Below, one piece after another: positions 1 to 12,390 of a stretch of DNA of 54,120 nt. This DNA comes from Octopus bimaculoides (Eukaryota). The notes under the pieces are model-generated. The model made no database searches, was not told the DNA's origin, and saw only the letters and a list, made by a program, of their open reading frames with translations. The first letter of the stretch is position 1, and the number at the start of each line of letters is the position of its first letter. The DNA lies in the NCBI RefSeq assembly GCF_001194135.2, contig NC_068981.1, positions 183,972,877 through 184,026,996 on the forward strand. Reading direction: 5' to 3'. The position numbers were made by a program, and so were the translations under genes.

Positions 1-18
1 GTGTTTTTATATTATTAA

Positions 19-150
19 TAAATTCATAAAATAATCAATAATATTCGCAGGAAATCAATATTTAATATTTAAATTTCGAAAGATATATACCCAATATGAC
101 ATGGTAATATAATAAATTTAAAATTTAAGATATACGAAATATAAATATAA
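19..150 (-). repeat. AT-rich Penelope-associated terminal repeat, inverted copy
   Basis: Reverse complement of 3583-3713 (shared core attgatttcctgcgaatatt) and of 5344-5419. Confidence 0.8.
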
Positions 151-419
151 ATATATATATAAACGTCAATATAAAATATATGTTAAACGCAGACACTTAA
201 TAATGGAATTCTAATAATAGCAATCTATAATACCTTTATAAATATATTAATTAAAATTAAAAATAAATGCTTAGGAATTTGAACTTAGATTCTAGTATAT
301 TACTTCACGGAATAAAAAAAATAAATAAAAAAAGTATTTATACTAAATTAAAATTGAATTTGAAATGGAATCTTCTGACAAAAACTCTTTATATATAATA
401 TTCTCAAGTCTAGCTAAAT

Positions 420-948
420 TTAATGATGAAATATTTGCAGTGGGCTGAAGCTCTTTGACGTCTTTTGAATAGTGTAACAACACAGGAACCTGAGACCACA
501 CCAAGGTCGAACTAGAAGCAACACCAGGGTCGACCGGAAGCAGCACTGGGGTCGACAGAGGAGAGCGACGAGAAAGATAGAGAGGAGGGGTGGTCGTCTG
601 TACTTAAAAAAAAAAGGAAAAAAGACACAGATCGCCCCCACCAGACTAAATCTTAAAAAGAACGACAAAGAAAAGGAAAACACATATATGGCTGTCAAGG
701 CTTCTAATAATAGACTAGTGAACTGTTTGGCAGCTATTGCGTCTGCCAAAAGAGTAGAAAAAACTACTTCAAAAGACTTTCTCATATACAAGATAGGCCG
801 GAAGGATTACGGACGGATTAAGTCCGAATTCTTTCATGACGTAGGCCCTCTCAAGAGGGATTTTTCTCCATACATTTACGAGGGCCTACGTCCAAATACG
901 GGAAGACCCCAAGAAAAGGAGAAAGAAAAAGAAGAACCACCGAACCAC
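420..948 (+). mobile_element. Tx1/L1-like LINE ORF1 C-terminal remnant
   Basis: K/E-rich frame with EGWSSVLKKKRK, matching EGWTTVSNKRK of the ORF1 at 2839-3309. Confidence 0.55.
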
Positions 949-1584
949 TGGTTGCGCGATTTGGATGTTGTTGCTACAGAGACCCGGTTGAGAGGGCCAA
1001 GAGATCTGCTCCTCCTGTTGAATGGCTACGAGAGTTTCTTCTCTCCAGGCTGTCCTAGGGGGAGTGGGGTGTTGGTCCTATTAAAAAGAAACCGGGTTTC
1101 TGAGAAAAAGTTAATTTTTTTAGATCCAGAAGGTAGGCTGGTCGCCATGGACTTGACGCTCAGCCATGGTAAAGTTTTTAGACTGGTTGCAATTTATGCA
1201 CCCCAACTATCAGGGCAAAATGACTTTTTTCGGGATCTAGAGAAGTTTCTCAGTACATCACATTCTTTAGTTGTGCTAGGAGACTTCAACACAATTTGCG
1301 AGGCACGTGTAGATTATGTTGGCTCAAATACTACTAGAAAAGGTAATTCTTGCTTCCTGGATCTGCTAAGCCGCTTTGAGCTGGCAGACCCTTATAGGTT
1401 GGAATTTCCGAACGCTCCAATGTGGACTTGGTCAAGTAGCAACGGATCTTCCAGATCATACATAGATAGAGTGTTAATTAGAAAAGTAGATAGAAATATA
1501 GCTAAGTGTCCACAGTTTTACCCAGTCAGCTACAGTGATCATAAAGTGATCACTTGTAGGCTCGACATAGATAAGCGATATACT
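949..1584 (+). mobile_element. Tx1/L1-clade LINE ORF2 apurinic-like endonuclease (N-truncated, runs into gap)
   Basis: Motifs DVVATETRL, GSGV, DPEGRLV, AIYAP, LGDFN, SYIDRVL, SDHK. Confidence 0.9.
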
Positions 1585-2517
1585 NNNNNNNNNNNNNNNN
1601 NNNNNNNNNNNNNNNNNNNNNNNNNNNNNNNNNNNNNNNNNNNNNNNNNNNNNNNNNNNNNNNNNNNNNNNNNNNNNNNNNNNNNNNNNNNNNNNNNNNN
1701 NNNNNNNNNNNNNNNNNNNNNNNNNNNNNNNNNNNNNNNNNNNNNNNNNNNNNNNNNNNNNNNNNNNNNNNNNNNNNNNNNNNNNNNNNNNNNNNNNNNN
1801 NNNNNNNNNNNNNNNNNNNNNNNNNNNNNNNNNNNNNNNNNNNNNNNNNNNNNNNNNNNNNNNNNNNNNNNNNNNNNNNNNNNNNNNNNNNNNNNNNNNN
1901 NNNNNNNNNNNNNNNNNNNNNNNNNNNNNNNNNNNNNNNNNNNNNNNNNNNNNNNNNNNNNNNNNNNNNNNNNNNNNNNNNNNNNNNNNNNNNNNNNNNN
2001 NNNNNNNNNNNNNNNNNNNNNNNNNNNNNNNNNNNNNNNNNNNNNNNNNNNNNNNNNNNNNNNNNNNNNNNNNNNNNNNNNNNNNNNNNNNNNNNNNNNN
2101 NNNNNNNNNNNNNNNNNNNNNNNNNNNNNNNNNNNNNNNNNNNNNNNNNNNNNNNNNNNNNNNNNNNNNNNNNNNNNNNNNNNNNNNNNNNNNNNNNNNN
2201 NNNNNNNNNNNNNNNNNNNNNNNNNNNNNNNNNNNNNNNNNNNNNNNNNNNNNNNNNNNNNNNNNNNNNNNNNNNNNNNNNNNNNNNNNNNNNNNNNNNN
2301 NNNNNNNNNNNNNNNNNNNNNNNNNNNNNNNNNNNNNNNNNNNNNNNNNNNNNNNNNNNNNNNNNNNNNNNNNNNNNNNNNNNNNNNNNNNNNNNNNNNN
2401 NNNNNNNNNNNNNNNNNNNNNNNNNNNNNNNNNNNNNNNNNNNNNNNNNNNNNNNNNNNNNNNNNNNNNNNNNNNNNNNNNNNNNNNNNNNNNNNNNNNN
2501 NNNNNNNNNNNNNNNNN

Positions 2518-3480
2518 TGATAGATCGAAAAGTGCCTGAAACCGATACTGAAAAAAATTACTTACATCACTAGAGGCAAGCATTATGCTAGTATAGAGGT
2601 GAGAATGGAGTCAGAGGAAGCTGCCCGACTCCATTCTGTAGAGCCTCTGGAAACGGAAAATGTGGTTCTCCTACCACTGTACATGGGTAGGAGAACATCA
2701 CAAATAACAATACAGAACATTCTCCCTGAAGTTGACCCAGAGTGGTTAGTCGCCACAACAATGGGCCTGGAAGACAGGATTACAATATTGGACGCAATGG
2801 TGATTGAACCAAGACTATGATACGGCCAGGCCCTAAAAATGACAATTCAAGCGGAACAGGCCACACTGGAGGAAATAATTGAAAGCTTTGAGGTTGGCGG
2901 CACACGACTAGTCGTGTCGGTGGAAGGCCACAAACCTCGTTGCTTCCAGTGTGACAAGAAGGGTCACCTCAGGGCAAGCTGTAATCAGAAGATAGAGGAA
3001 GGAAAAACTAGCCAAGAAGAAACAGAAGAAAAAAGGAAGGAAATAGAAGAAAAAAGAAAGGAAACAGAAGTGGTGGAAGAAGAACAGGAAACGAAAAAGG
3101 ATCAAACACCAGTGCCAGTGGAAAAGGTTGGAGAGGGTTGGACAACTGTGTCCAACAAAAGAAAGTTAAAACAACCCTCCCCAACGAAAGACAAGCAAAA
3201 AGGAAAAAAAAAAAAAACTAAAAAATGTGAAACAAAAGAAAAAGAGTGTTTACATAGTGGGTCGAACCTCAAACAGAGATCTGATGAACCACCTAGCAAC
3301 GATAGATAAAGGAAAAATGAAAAAAATAGAAGTAAAAAAAGGCAAAGCCGTCTATAAAACAACTAGAAGAATTTTTTATATTCTCAGCAATAACTATAGA
3401 ATAGATATCGGGGTCCCAAGATTGGACTACGTGCCAACTATGGCAGAGAACTTTATTCCTCCGACTCAACAGGCCTCAGA
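2518..3480 (+). mobile_element. Decayed LINE ORF1 (gag-like) with CCHC zinc knuckle
   Basis: CFQCDKKGHLRASC knuckle, an E/K-rich tail, and an upstream domain broken by stops. No ORF2 follows. Confidence 0.75.
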
Positions 3481-3582
3481 TAGAGTGGAAAATTTTAGAC
3501 TTTATTATATTCATGCTCAATTACGCATACATTTTTATATGCATTTATATTCACATCTATCTTTATCTACATTCATATTTTT

Positions 3583-3713
3583 ATATATATTTATTTTTCG
3601 TATATCTTAAATTTTAAACTTATATTACCATGTCGTGTTGGATATATATCTTTCAAAATTTAAATATTAAATATTGATTTCCTGCGAATATTATTGATAA
3701 TTTTATGAATTTA
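3583..3713 (+). repeat. AT-rich Penelope-associated terminal repeat, direct copy upstream of the PLE
   Basis: Direct match to 5344-5419 and inverted match to 19-150. Confidence 0.8.
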
Positions 3714-3889
3714 NNNNNNNNNNAGCCATGGAGGAATGTAGTGGCGGACGAAAAACAAGACAGGAAAACAAACAGAAGGCTTTACGGCCAGACGAGAAAA
3801 ATTATATATATATCTGTGTGTGTGTGTGTATGTATGTATGTATATGTATGTCTGTATATTTATAATAAAAAAAAATTTTTAAACTGAGA

Positions 3890-5419
3890 GGAAAAAGTCA
3901 ACGAAGATATGAACTTTAAATTTTGATAATTATAAAGAAAATCGTTAATTTTTAAAGAACATCGAACTCATACCCATGTCTGATTTACTAGGGCAAATTA
4001 ATCTAAGTAAGGTAATTTCGGATAAATACTTACTAAAGTGCATTAGACTGGTTCTCCAACATACAAAATAAGAATAATCAGAAATTCTTACAAATAGACA
4101 TACAAAATTATTACTCTTCAGCCCTACTGCTTTGAACAGTGCTCTAATTTTCGCTAAGAAATTCACTGGTTTAAGCAGGAGAGAAAGAAATGTACTTACA
4201 GCCCGAAAAACTTATCAAATTCGATAAACTATGGGCAAGAAATGATACACCTAATCTATTTGATATCACAATGGATTTGCCAGATTCAGCAGAAGCAACT
4301 GACTTAGTAGGAATCTACCTTTTAGAGAAACAAGGAATTCCCAGAATTAAGAGGTCTGTATAGGGACAACGCATGCTTTACAGTTAGAAATAACTCGAAT
4401 AGATGCATAGAATTATTGAAGAAATGCTTACATAAGTTCTTCAGTAGATTTGATCTCTCTATAAGTATAGAAAATGAAAATTACTCCATTAACTATTTAG
4501 ATGCAAACTGTAACTTGAACACTGGACTAAATGAACTATATATGAAACAGAACTCCAATTTAAGGTACATAAATTTCAGTAACCATTCCCGACAACTAAA
4601 AAGGGCCCTTTTAAATATAAGCAAAAGAATCTCAAATCTCTCCTCAAATGAGGAGATATTTGATAAGCAGAAGGATAAGTATAATACAGCCCTTAAAAAT
4701 GCAGGGTATAAAGATAAAATTAAGTACTTTCCCTGTAATAATGAAAATAATAACCTATGATGCATACATACACTGATAAAAAAAATAGTACAGAAATTAA
4801 AAATAAATTTATAAATTCTAGTAGCAAACGCTGATATAAGAAGGAAAAAATGAATAACACAGGTAATCCCAAACAGGCACCCGTCATCAGCTCCATAAAC
4901 AGTGATGAGAATGGTAATGTTACTGATAGGTATAAAGTCAATAACATTAATCTACAACAGATTGACAAGTTTATTCTTTGAACCTGTGGCAGGCACACAA
5001 GATGTTGAAATATCATTCACTTGATAACAATGACACTTCTTTTTTTGCTCCTATACTTTCTGGAGCAGTCACCTCAGACCTATAAATATTACCAAAAATA
5101 AAAGTTATTGCCCTTATAATAACAATAAACCAAGGCTTTTACTACCATATGCTATGCAAATTAAAAACTTAGTAACAACAACATTTAAATTACTTTATAA
5201 AAGGAGAAAATACTGGGAAATCATTAACAGTAAAACAATAAGAATAGGTTCTAGTCTGATGCATAACCTGGCCATTATAATCTCCTACATGAATAATAAA
5301 CGCAACACTTTAAATAGAACAGTAATACACAGACTAATAACACTTATTATATTACCATGTCATGTTGGATATATATCTTTCAAAATTTAAATATTAAATA
5401 TTGATTTCCTGCGAATATT
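3890..5419 (+). mobile_element. Decayed Penelope-like element (RT, thumb, terminal repeat)
   Basis: GLYRDN (YRDD-type), INYLDANCNLNTG, YINFSNH, RISNLSSNEEIF, YNTALKNAGY. Many stops and frameshifts. Confidence 0.85.
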
Positions 5420-6312
5420 CGGAAATCTAATGCAGCTGTGTAGAGGCTATTTCTAGAATTTAAAAAGAAAAGCTGAAAACTGCTACCTATTTATTATAAG
5501 AATGGGGTAGCTCAAAAAAATGCATGCTTTTTCTCTCGCATTGGCAAGTTGAAACAGGAATAACTGCAACTAATTTGGCCAACCAGTAGGTCATATGACT
5601 TGATGTTAAAGAAAAGAACTTGGTCACCGGAGCTGACCAATAACTGTGACCCAAATTAGTTGTAACTAGTGTAGAAGGTAAATTCCAACTAAATCGGTTA
5701 CTTCAGTGGAGCCTTGTGCGCCCATGGGTACATTGAAACAATCTGGTGTATGAATAATATTGACACTAATCTATTAAAATATACTTAGTCTGCCAACAAA
5801 TAAGCACAATACCCCCACCCCTCAGGAATACATCTTTGTTAACTCATTTTTAATACCACAAAGGCTACACAAAGCCTTGCACTTTACTTTTGGAAAGTAT
5901 AAACATCTTTAAAAGACCCCTGCATTTTGAATATATATTTTCACTCACGTGGCACTTTCCAATTTTACCTCTTTATATATATATCCACCAGACGAGATGC
6001 GAAAATGTCAAAGTCACAATAAACTGAAAACTCATTGAGCCAAAGTATATTAAAAAAAATTGCAGGAAACTTTCAACCGTTACTAACAAAGTCAAGCAGT
6101 CATACTTTGGGGCTAATGCAGTTTCGCACTTCTCTTTGAAAAATGCATTTTTTTGAAAAAAAATTTTCAGATCCCTACGTTTTAGATGTCGGAGATTACG
6201 AATATACAAAAACAATCGGAAATGTTTTCATCCCACCCACCCTACGCATGTGGTGGCCAAAGAGGAACCCTTTTGGGCATCTTGCGCATGCATTTAACTC
6301 AAAGAACCGCTT

Positions 6313-7590
6313 TGGCCAGGCTGCTAGAGTTCTGCGATGCAAATGACCTTATGGTTTGCAATACTAACTTCAGGAAACCTGCCAGTCACCTAGTCACCTA
6401 CCGTTCTGGCAGGCACACAAGCCAAATTGACTACATCCTCACCAGANNNNNNNNNNNNNNNNNNNNNNNNNNNNNNNNNNNNNNNNNNNNNNNNNNNNNN
6501 NNNNNNNNNNNNNNNNNNNNNNNNNNNNNNNNNNNNNNNNNNNNNNNNNNNNNNNNNNNNNNNNNNNNNNNNNNNNNNNNNNNNNNNNNATGTACCCCAC
6601 AACATAAGATTAGTAGTTAGTGACTTCATGATCAGAGATAAGTGGTTGCCCAGAAGACGACCAGCATGGAGGAGAAGGGTCTGGAAGCTTAAAGATCCTG
6701 CGAATGGACAGAGATTTAGAGACATATTACTCGAAGCCTTTGGCGAAATAGACGGGGATATAGCTTAACACGATGTAGAAGACAACTGGAGGGTTCTACG
6801 GGACAACCTGCTGAGGGCCACTGACCAGATCTGTGGATGGTGCAAAGTCCCCTCTCGACCCAAAATAACGTGGTGGTGGAACAATGTTGTTGACAGGGCT
6901 ATTAGACAAAAGAAACAGGCCTGGATGAACGGTGGTAGCAGGGAATTGTATCAGACTGCCAGAAGGGAATCTAGGAGATAGGTTTATTTAGCCAGAGGGG
7001 AAGCAGATAAGAAAAAAATTGCCAATGTTCTGCACCGTGAGGACCAAAGACTTGAGGTATTTTGTGTCGCAAGAGTGTGTGAGAGAATCGCGATGTTGTG
7101 AGAGAGAAATGTGTCTGCATGGATGATGGTTCACTTGCACTAAATGTGGCTGCAAAGAGGAGTTTGGAGACGCCACAACAAAAGGTTGCTCAATAAAGAG
7201 AATGAATGGGAGAAAGAGAGTCTGCCGAATGTCAAACCAACAGAGGGACCGGCTATCCGAGTTGACAGTACCATGGTAGATAAAGCAATTAAGGGTATGA
7301 AGACAGGGAAAGCCCCCAGCCCATCAGGAATCACTGCAGAGATGCTCAAAATATCTGGCAGTGTCGGCTATAGCCTAGTCATCCGTATAGTTAACAAGGT
7401 GATACACGACAGAGTCATGCCCAATGACTGGTGTAGCAGCACCATAGTCAACTGCTACAAGGTGACGCTTTAGATACAAATAATTACAGAGATATCAAGT
7501 TGTTGGATCAGGTGATGAAAGTCACAGAGAGGGTCATAGCCTAACTAATTAGGGAGAGAGTCAGTTTAGATTAGATGCAGTTTATGGTGT
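6313..7590 (+). mobile_element. RTE-clade LINE ORF fragment (EN C-terminus to RT N-terminus)
   Basis: EFCDANDLMVCNTNF, QIDYIL, WWWNNVVD, MKTGKAPSPSGITAEMLK, PNDWCSSTIV. Confidence 0.9.
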
Positions 7591-7599
7591 AAGTCAGGG

Positions 7600-8760
7600 C
7601 AGGATATACTTGTCCTATCCCGTCTCTCTTGAATCGTACCTTGATTAATAGTTATGTTTATATTTCACATCACTACCTTTATTATCTAACCTAAGTTTCA
7701 TACCCATTTTAGTATCCCGTCTCCTGTCGAAGCATATTCTATTATTATTTAAATTGTTAGGTTTGTAGGATGCTTTGTTTGGTATTTTTTCACAACCAGA
7801 TAAGTTAATAGTCCTATTACTCAAACTATCATTATTTCCACTATTAAAAGGTGCTAACTAAGAAAAGTCATTTCCTGGTTATATCCCGCCTTAGACAGAG
7901 CAACATTATAGTGGTAGGCATGAGTATTAAAAATATCATTATTTCATGATAATTTTGTAATTCTCCTAGAGATACTTTTAACTACCGATCTTAACACATT
8001 AAGGGTGGGGGTGATTTGATAATTTGTTCACATATCTTGTAACCTCACCTGGTCTCCTATAGGGGTGGTATAATCTAGGGTTAATGTCTGAAGTAGTATC
8101 TATATAATTTACTACTTTTGTGCCATACTCATACGTGATACCTAAATTAAAGGTTTTTAAAAATTTTCTGATTCTTTCTATGACTGATAAATAGAGTATC
8201 ATCTCTATATAAACCTCCCTGTAATTCAGGGATTTCTCTATTTCAGCACCCTAAAAGGTACTGCACCAACTAGATTAGTGATTTCTACCGAGTCACTTGA
8301 GCCCATAGCTATATCAAAGTTTTTGGGGTTATCAGCCCTAGTGCAAGTTTACCCTCAAATTCTATGATAGTCCTAGCTAAAAGAATGTCAATTTCATCCC
8401 TAGTTATAAGAGAGGTTTTTAGCAAAAATAAGAGACTTGTTGAGAAGAATAGGGGATATACCGGAATAACTATTAATATCAAATTGGATAATAGAATTAC
8501 TTATGTTATCAATGGATTTAAACCAATGTATTACCTCATCTCTATCAATCCATAATTTTAGAGTTAGGTTGGGAATTATAAGAGGTAGAATATTGTGCGG
8601 AATAGATTTGCTAAGTCAACCAATATCGGACTTAGGCAAATTAGTCTTACAGTAGGATTATCATGGAAGTTCTTGTGGTCCTTTAGGATAATCCTTGGTT
8701 CACTTCTTTAATTTCTGGAATTAATGTATGATAGTGGGTGTTCGATTTTACATTAGCTAT
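7600..8760 (-). mobile_element. Decayed Penelope-like element RT fragment
   Basis: GGLYRDD, then VNYIDTTSDINPRLYHPYRRPG...YVNKLSNHP. Confidence 0.8.
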
Positions 8761-8769
8761 TAGTTCAAA

Positions 8770-9305
8770 TAATTCTTTTTCAAAATTTTCCAGTAGTGGA
8801 CTAGGTGGAGGAATTACCACCTAATGCAACAATCAATGCTCAAGTCTACTGTCAGCAATTAGAGCATTTGAACCAAGCTTTGAAGAAAAAAAGATCCACT
8901 TTAGTGAATCGAAAAGGAGTGATGTTTCATCAGGACAATGCGCGACCCCACACTGCAAAGATCACATCACAGAAGCTCAAAGAGTTTGATTGGGAAAAAA
9001 TTCCTCATCCACCTTATTCTCCCGACCTTGCTCCTTCAGACTACCATTTGTTTCATAGTTTACAGAATCATTTGGGGGACATAACTTTTGCAAGCCAGGA
9101 GGAGGTCGAAACTGACATTTCAGAGTTCTTTGCTTTGAAACCAAAAGAGTTTTACAATGATGGGATTAAAAAGTTTGTAAATAGATGGAAGGAAGTCATA
9201 CATAATCAGGGAAAGTACATTGATGATTAAATTTCAATTAAATATAACATTTGATCACTTGTTTTCTTTATTAAAAATTCGGACAGAACTTATGGGATGA
9301 CCTGA
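8770..9305 (+). mobile_element. mariner (DD34D) transposon 3' part with right TIR
   Basis: HQDNARPH and HPPYSPDLAPSDYHLF, stop at 9230. TIR-like cggacagaacttatgggatgacctga at 9280-9305 followed by TA. Confidence 0.92.
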
Positions 9306-9344
9306 TAACACTGGTCACATATGACATTGACACCAACTCAGCTG

Positions 9345-9640
9345 CTGGCTCTGAAGGATTTCCAGTGGTCCTTCTCAAATCATGCAAACAAGCCCTTGCA
9401 AAACCACTGCAGCTTCTCCTTCACAGCCTTCTTGAAAGTGGTAAACTCCAAGACAGACTGAAGGAAGAGCGAATATGTCCTATCCATAAAGAAAGAAGCA
9501 GAGCAGATGCTAAAAATTATAGGCCCATCACTGACCTCTCACATCAGCAAAGTCACGAAACGAATAGTATGCAAGAAACTGATTGCCTTTCCCAAGGAAA
9601 ATAATTTGCTGACTGACACCCAACATGGATTCTTGCAACA
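9345..9640 (+). mobile_element. CR1/Jockey-type LINE RT N-terminal fragment
   Basis: GFPVVLLK, ICPIHK, NYRPIT, QHGFL. Confidence 0.8.
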
Positions 9641-9779
9641 CTACAACTGTGTTAATGGTGATTAGTTGAAGACTAAGATGATGCTGACAGTGTCAATAAA
9701 ACTATATGCAAACCTAATGACATAACATAGTACCACCTAATAATTTAAATTGTAATTTCAGAGACCCAAATACTCGACT

Positions 9780-9955
9780 ATATTGTTGACAGGGCTATTA
9801 GACAAAAGAAACAGGCTTAGAAGGACTGGAAGAACGGTGATAGCAGGGAATTGTATCAGACTGCCAGAAGGGAAGCTAGGAGACAGGTTTATTTAGCCCG
9901 AGGGGAAGCAGATAAGGAAATATTTGCCAATGTTCTGCACCGTGGGGACCAAATA
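9780..9955 (+). mobile_element. RTE LINE fragment
   Basis: Closely similar to about 6885-7050. Confidence 0.85.
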
Positions 9956-9957
9956 CT

Positions 9958-10240
9958 TGTGAAGTAGATGGAAATTGTAAAATGAAACAAGTAGTATACC
10001 AAGCAACCATTATTACTCATAATTCCTATAAATATGTATACATTGGTTATACGAAAAATTCTATAAAATCAAGAATAAATAATCATAGATCTTCCTTTAA
10101 TGACCTTAGAAAATAGAAGGGCACAGGTCCATCTAAAACATTTAGCAACAATATCAATTACATGATATCTTGGAAAATCCTATCTTCAGCCCCATCTGAA
10201 GATGGCTTTGGTGAGAACTATCTTTGTTAGGCAGTCTTCA
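9958..10240 (+). mobile_element. Penelope-like GIY-YIG endonuclease remnant
   Basis: NCKMKQVVYQATI...VYIGYTKNSIKSRINNHRSSF. Confidence 0.8.
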
Positions 10241-10699
10241 AACCTGCATGCATGGAACTCACATTGTTTTTGAGAGCCTGGCATCATACTGAAGGAAATA
10301 ACAATATCATCACAGCTGTGCTGAAGAGCAATAGCCACTCAAGGACTTTAGCACAAAGAGAGCAAAACAAACAATAGTTTATATGCTCCTACGCTCTCAT
10401 AATATCCCACATCTTGATGCCATCCATCATAATGAACATAGCAAAGATGACAAGTATGGAGGAATGGATATACGTAAAAGATGTTCCCCCCCACTTGGTA
10501 CACATACAAGGAAACAGCGAGAGACCTGCCAGGAAAGAAAACCCAAGTGCACCTACCACCATCAAATTGAAGAACAGAGGAGGTGAAAGAGCCAAGAAAG
10601 AACACTCAAAAGGAACAAAAACAAAATCAGCATTTGATGGATCTACACAGCATTAATCCAGTTGATAAGATTCCTAGTGGGGTGTCAAGATTGGACCAT

Positions 10700-11095
10700 G
10701 GGGGTCTCGAAATAGGGGAAAGTCAGTAGGGCACGTGTCAGAGTATAGGACAACGAAGATGCTGTGGTCGAGATCGACGAATCCAAGTTCATGCACAGGA
10801 AATATCATCGTGGATGTTATCGAGAAGGGCATTGGGTTTTTGGAATGGTAGAACGGGAAAGTCTGAGATGTGTCTTAGTTCCTGTGGAAAACAGAAGTGC
10901 AGCAACATTGTTGCCTATTATTACCCACCATGTTTTGCCAGGAACTAAGATTACCACATATTCCTGGAGAGCATATAACAGCCTATCGAACCATTCCACT
11001 GTCAACCACAGTGTCACCTTTGGGGATCCCAATGCCTCGGTCCACACAAACACCGTGGAAGGGATGTGGAGGAACGTGAAATCAAATTATCGGAG
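10700..11095 (+). mobile_element. Merlin/ISXO2-like DDE transposase fragment
   Basis: VEIDESKF, WVFGMVER, RSAATLLPII, WRAYNSL, TVNHS, HTNTVEGMW. Confidence 0.9.
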
Positions 11096-11159
11096 GATAC
11101 AGTTGGCCGAAATCATGAAGTGACAATGCCACCTTCACATTCTCTTTTGTCAGCTTTGA

Positions 11160-12139
11160 CCATTACCTACTCTTTCTCAAGATTTTCTGGGCAGGGAACA
11201 CTGACGGGGTCACGGGCGTGGGTATACTTCTTGCGGAGAAATGGGTGGATAAGGCAATCGGGGTAGTCAGAGTATGCGATAGAATACTTAAGATTAGATT
11301 AGTTCATCATGGGTTAACAACCATTATCTCGGACTATGCTCCTCAGCCGGGGCTACCCGATGAACAGAAAGACCAATTTTATGACACCCTCTTGCAGACG
11401 ACCTCATTGACGAATGACAAGGGCCTTCACTTTGTGGCTGGTGACTTCAATAACCGTAGAAGAAGACGAAGTAAAAGAAACAGAGGTTTGTGAGGAGGAA
11501 ATGGTGCTGACAGAACAGAAAGAGGTAGAAGAAAAGCAGGAAGAGACTGAGGAGCAGGTGGAAAAAAAGCGTATGTGGGCTACAACACTTTGCCAAGCGT
11601 CGTAACGGTGGAGGAGCTGAAACCATACATAACAACGAAAGAATCATAAAAAGAAAAAGTAAAATGAATAAGAACTGTATAAGAAAACTGTGAGCTTTGG
11701 GGGAACTCATAAGCCATTCCATCATCATATTGTAATTTACTCATTTCATCTCATAATTCGATCTATGCACCCCACGTTTTGTGTTGTCTGTCCTTGTAAT
11801 GTCCCCCTTCTTTGTAAATGAGGCCTTCGTGCCTATAATAAAGAGAAATGGTGACTTCAATGGACATTTTGGACAACATACAGGGGGCTTCCAAGGTGTA
11901 CATGGAGGATATGGCTTTGGTTCCCGCAATGAGGAGGGAACCAGGCTGCTGGAGTTCTGCGATGAAAACAACCTTATAGTATGCAATACTAACTTCAGGA
12001 AACCTGCCAGTCACCTACCGTTCTGGCAGACACACTAGCCAAATTGACTACAACCTCACCAGAAAAAGGGAAAGATGGCTGCTCATAAATGCCAAAACCT
12101 TCCCAGGCAAAGAATGTACTCCACAACATAAGACTAGTA
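11160..12139 (+). mobile_element. RTE LINE endonuclease fragment split by an insertion
   Basis: GVGILLAEKW, YAPQ and GDFN (11440-11451) resume as GDFNGH...EFCDENNLIVCNTNF...QIDY at 11850. Confidence 0.9.
11452..11848 (+). mobile_element. 397-bp retroposed insertion with 13-bp TSD
   Basis: TGGTGACTTCAAT at 11439-11451 and 11849-11861. AATAAA at 11837-11842 followed by GAGAAA. The 5' part is an E/K-rich frame. Confidence 0.8.
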
Positions 12140-12209
12140 CAGTTCTATATTTAAGAGATGAGGAATTATTTACATTTGACGGATATTCGTCCTCATCTTG
12201 TTTGTTGTT

Positions 12210-12255
12210 AACACAACGTTTCGGCTGATATACCCTCCAGCCTTCGTCAGGTGTC
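12210..12255 (-). ncRNA. Minimal type I hammerhead ribozyme
   Basis: GACAC-CUGACGA-A-GGCUG-(10 nt loop)-CAGCC-GAA-ACGU-U-GUGUU. Core is intact, stems I and II are 5 bp each, and stem III is the palindrome ACGU. Confidence 0.8.
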
Positions 12256-12317
12256 TTGGGGAAATTTCGAACCTGGGTTCTCATTCCTATCGATGTTACT
12301 ATTATTATTATTAATCA

Positions 12318-12390
12318 GGTCGCTGCCGCGAATCGAACTCGGAACCTTGGGGTTAGTAGCCCGCGCTCTTAACCTCTACGCCATATGCCC
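12318..12390 (-). promoter_or_regulatory. tRNA-derived internal Pol III promoter (A and B boxes)
   Basis: A box TGGCGTAGAGG, B box GAGTTCGATTC, 7-nt anticodon-like loop CTACTAA. The acceptor stem does not pair. Confidence 0.7.

Noticed and set aside
1474-2583. Long ORFs spanning N runs (also 23266-24169, 40014-40632, 48861-49463, 50631-51387)
   Set aside because: Their length comes from untranslatable assembly gaps.
10345-10660. Short overlapping ORFs between the PLE and Merlin fragments
   Set aside because: No recognisable motif; possibly another ORF1 remnant but unsupported.
12318-12390. tRNA gene (also SINE heads at 25003-25075, 29770-29839, 32870-32940)
   Set aside because: Acceptor stems do not pair and each is embedded in a dispersed repeat.
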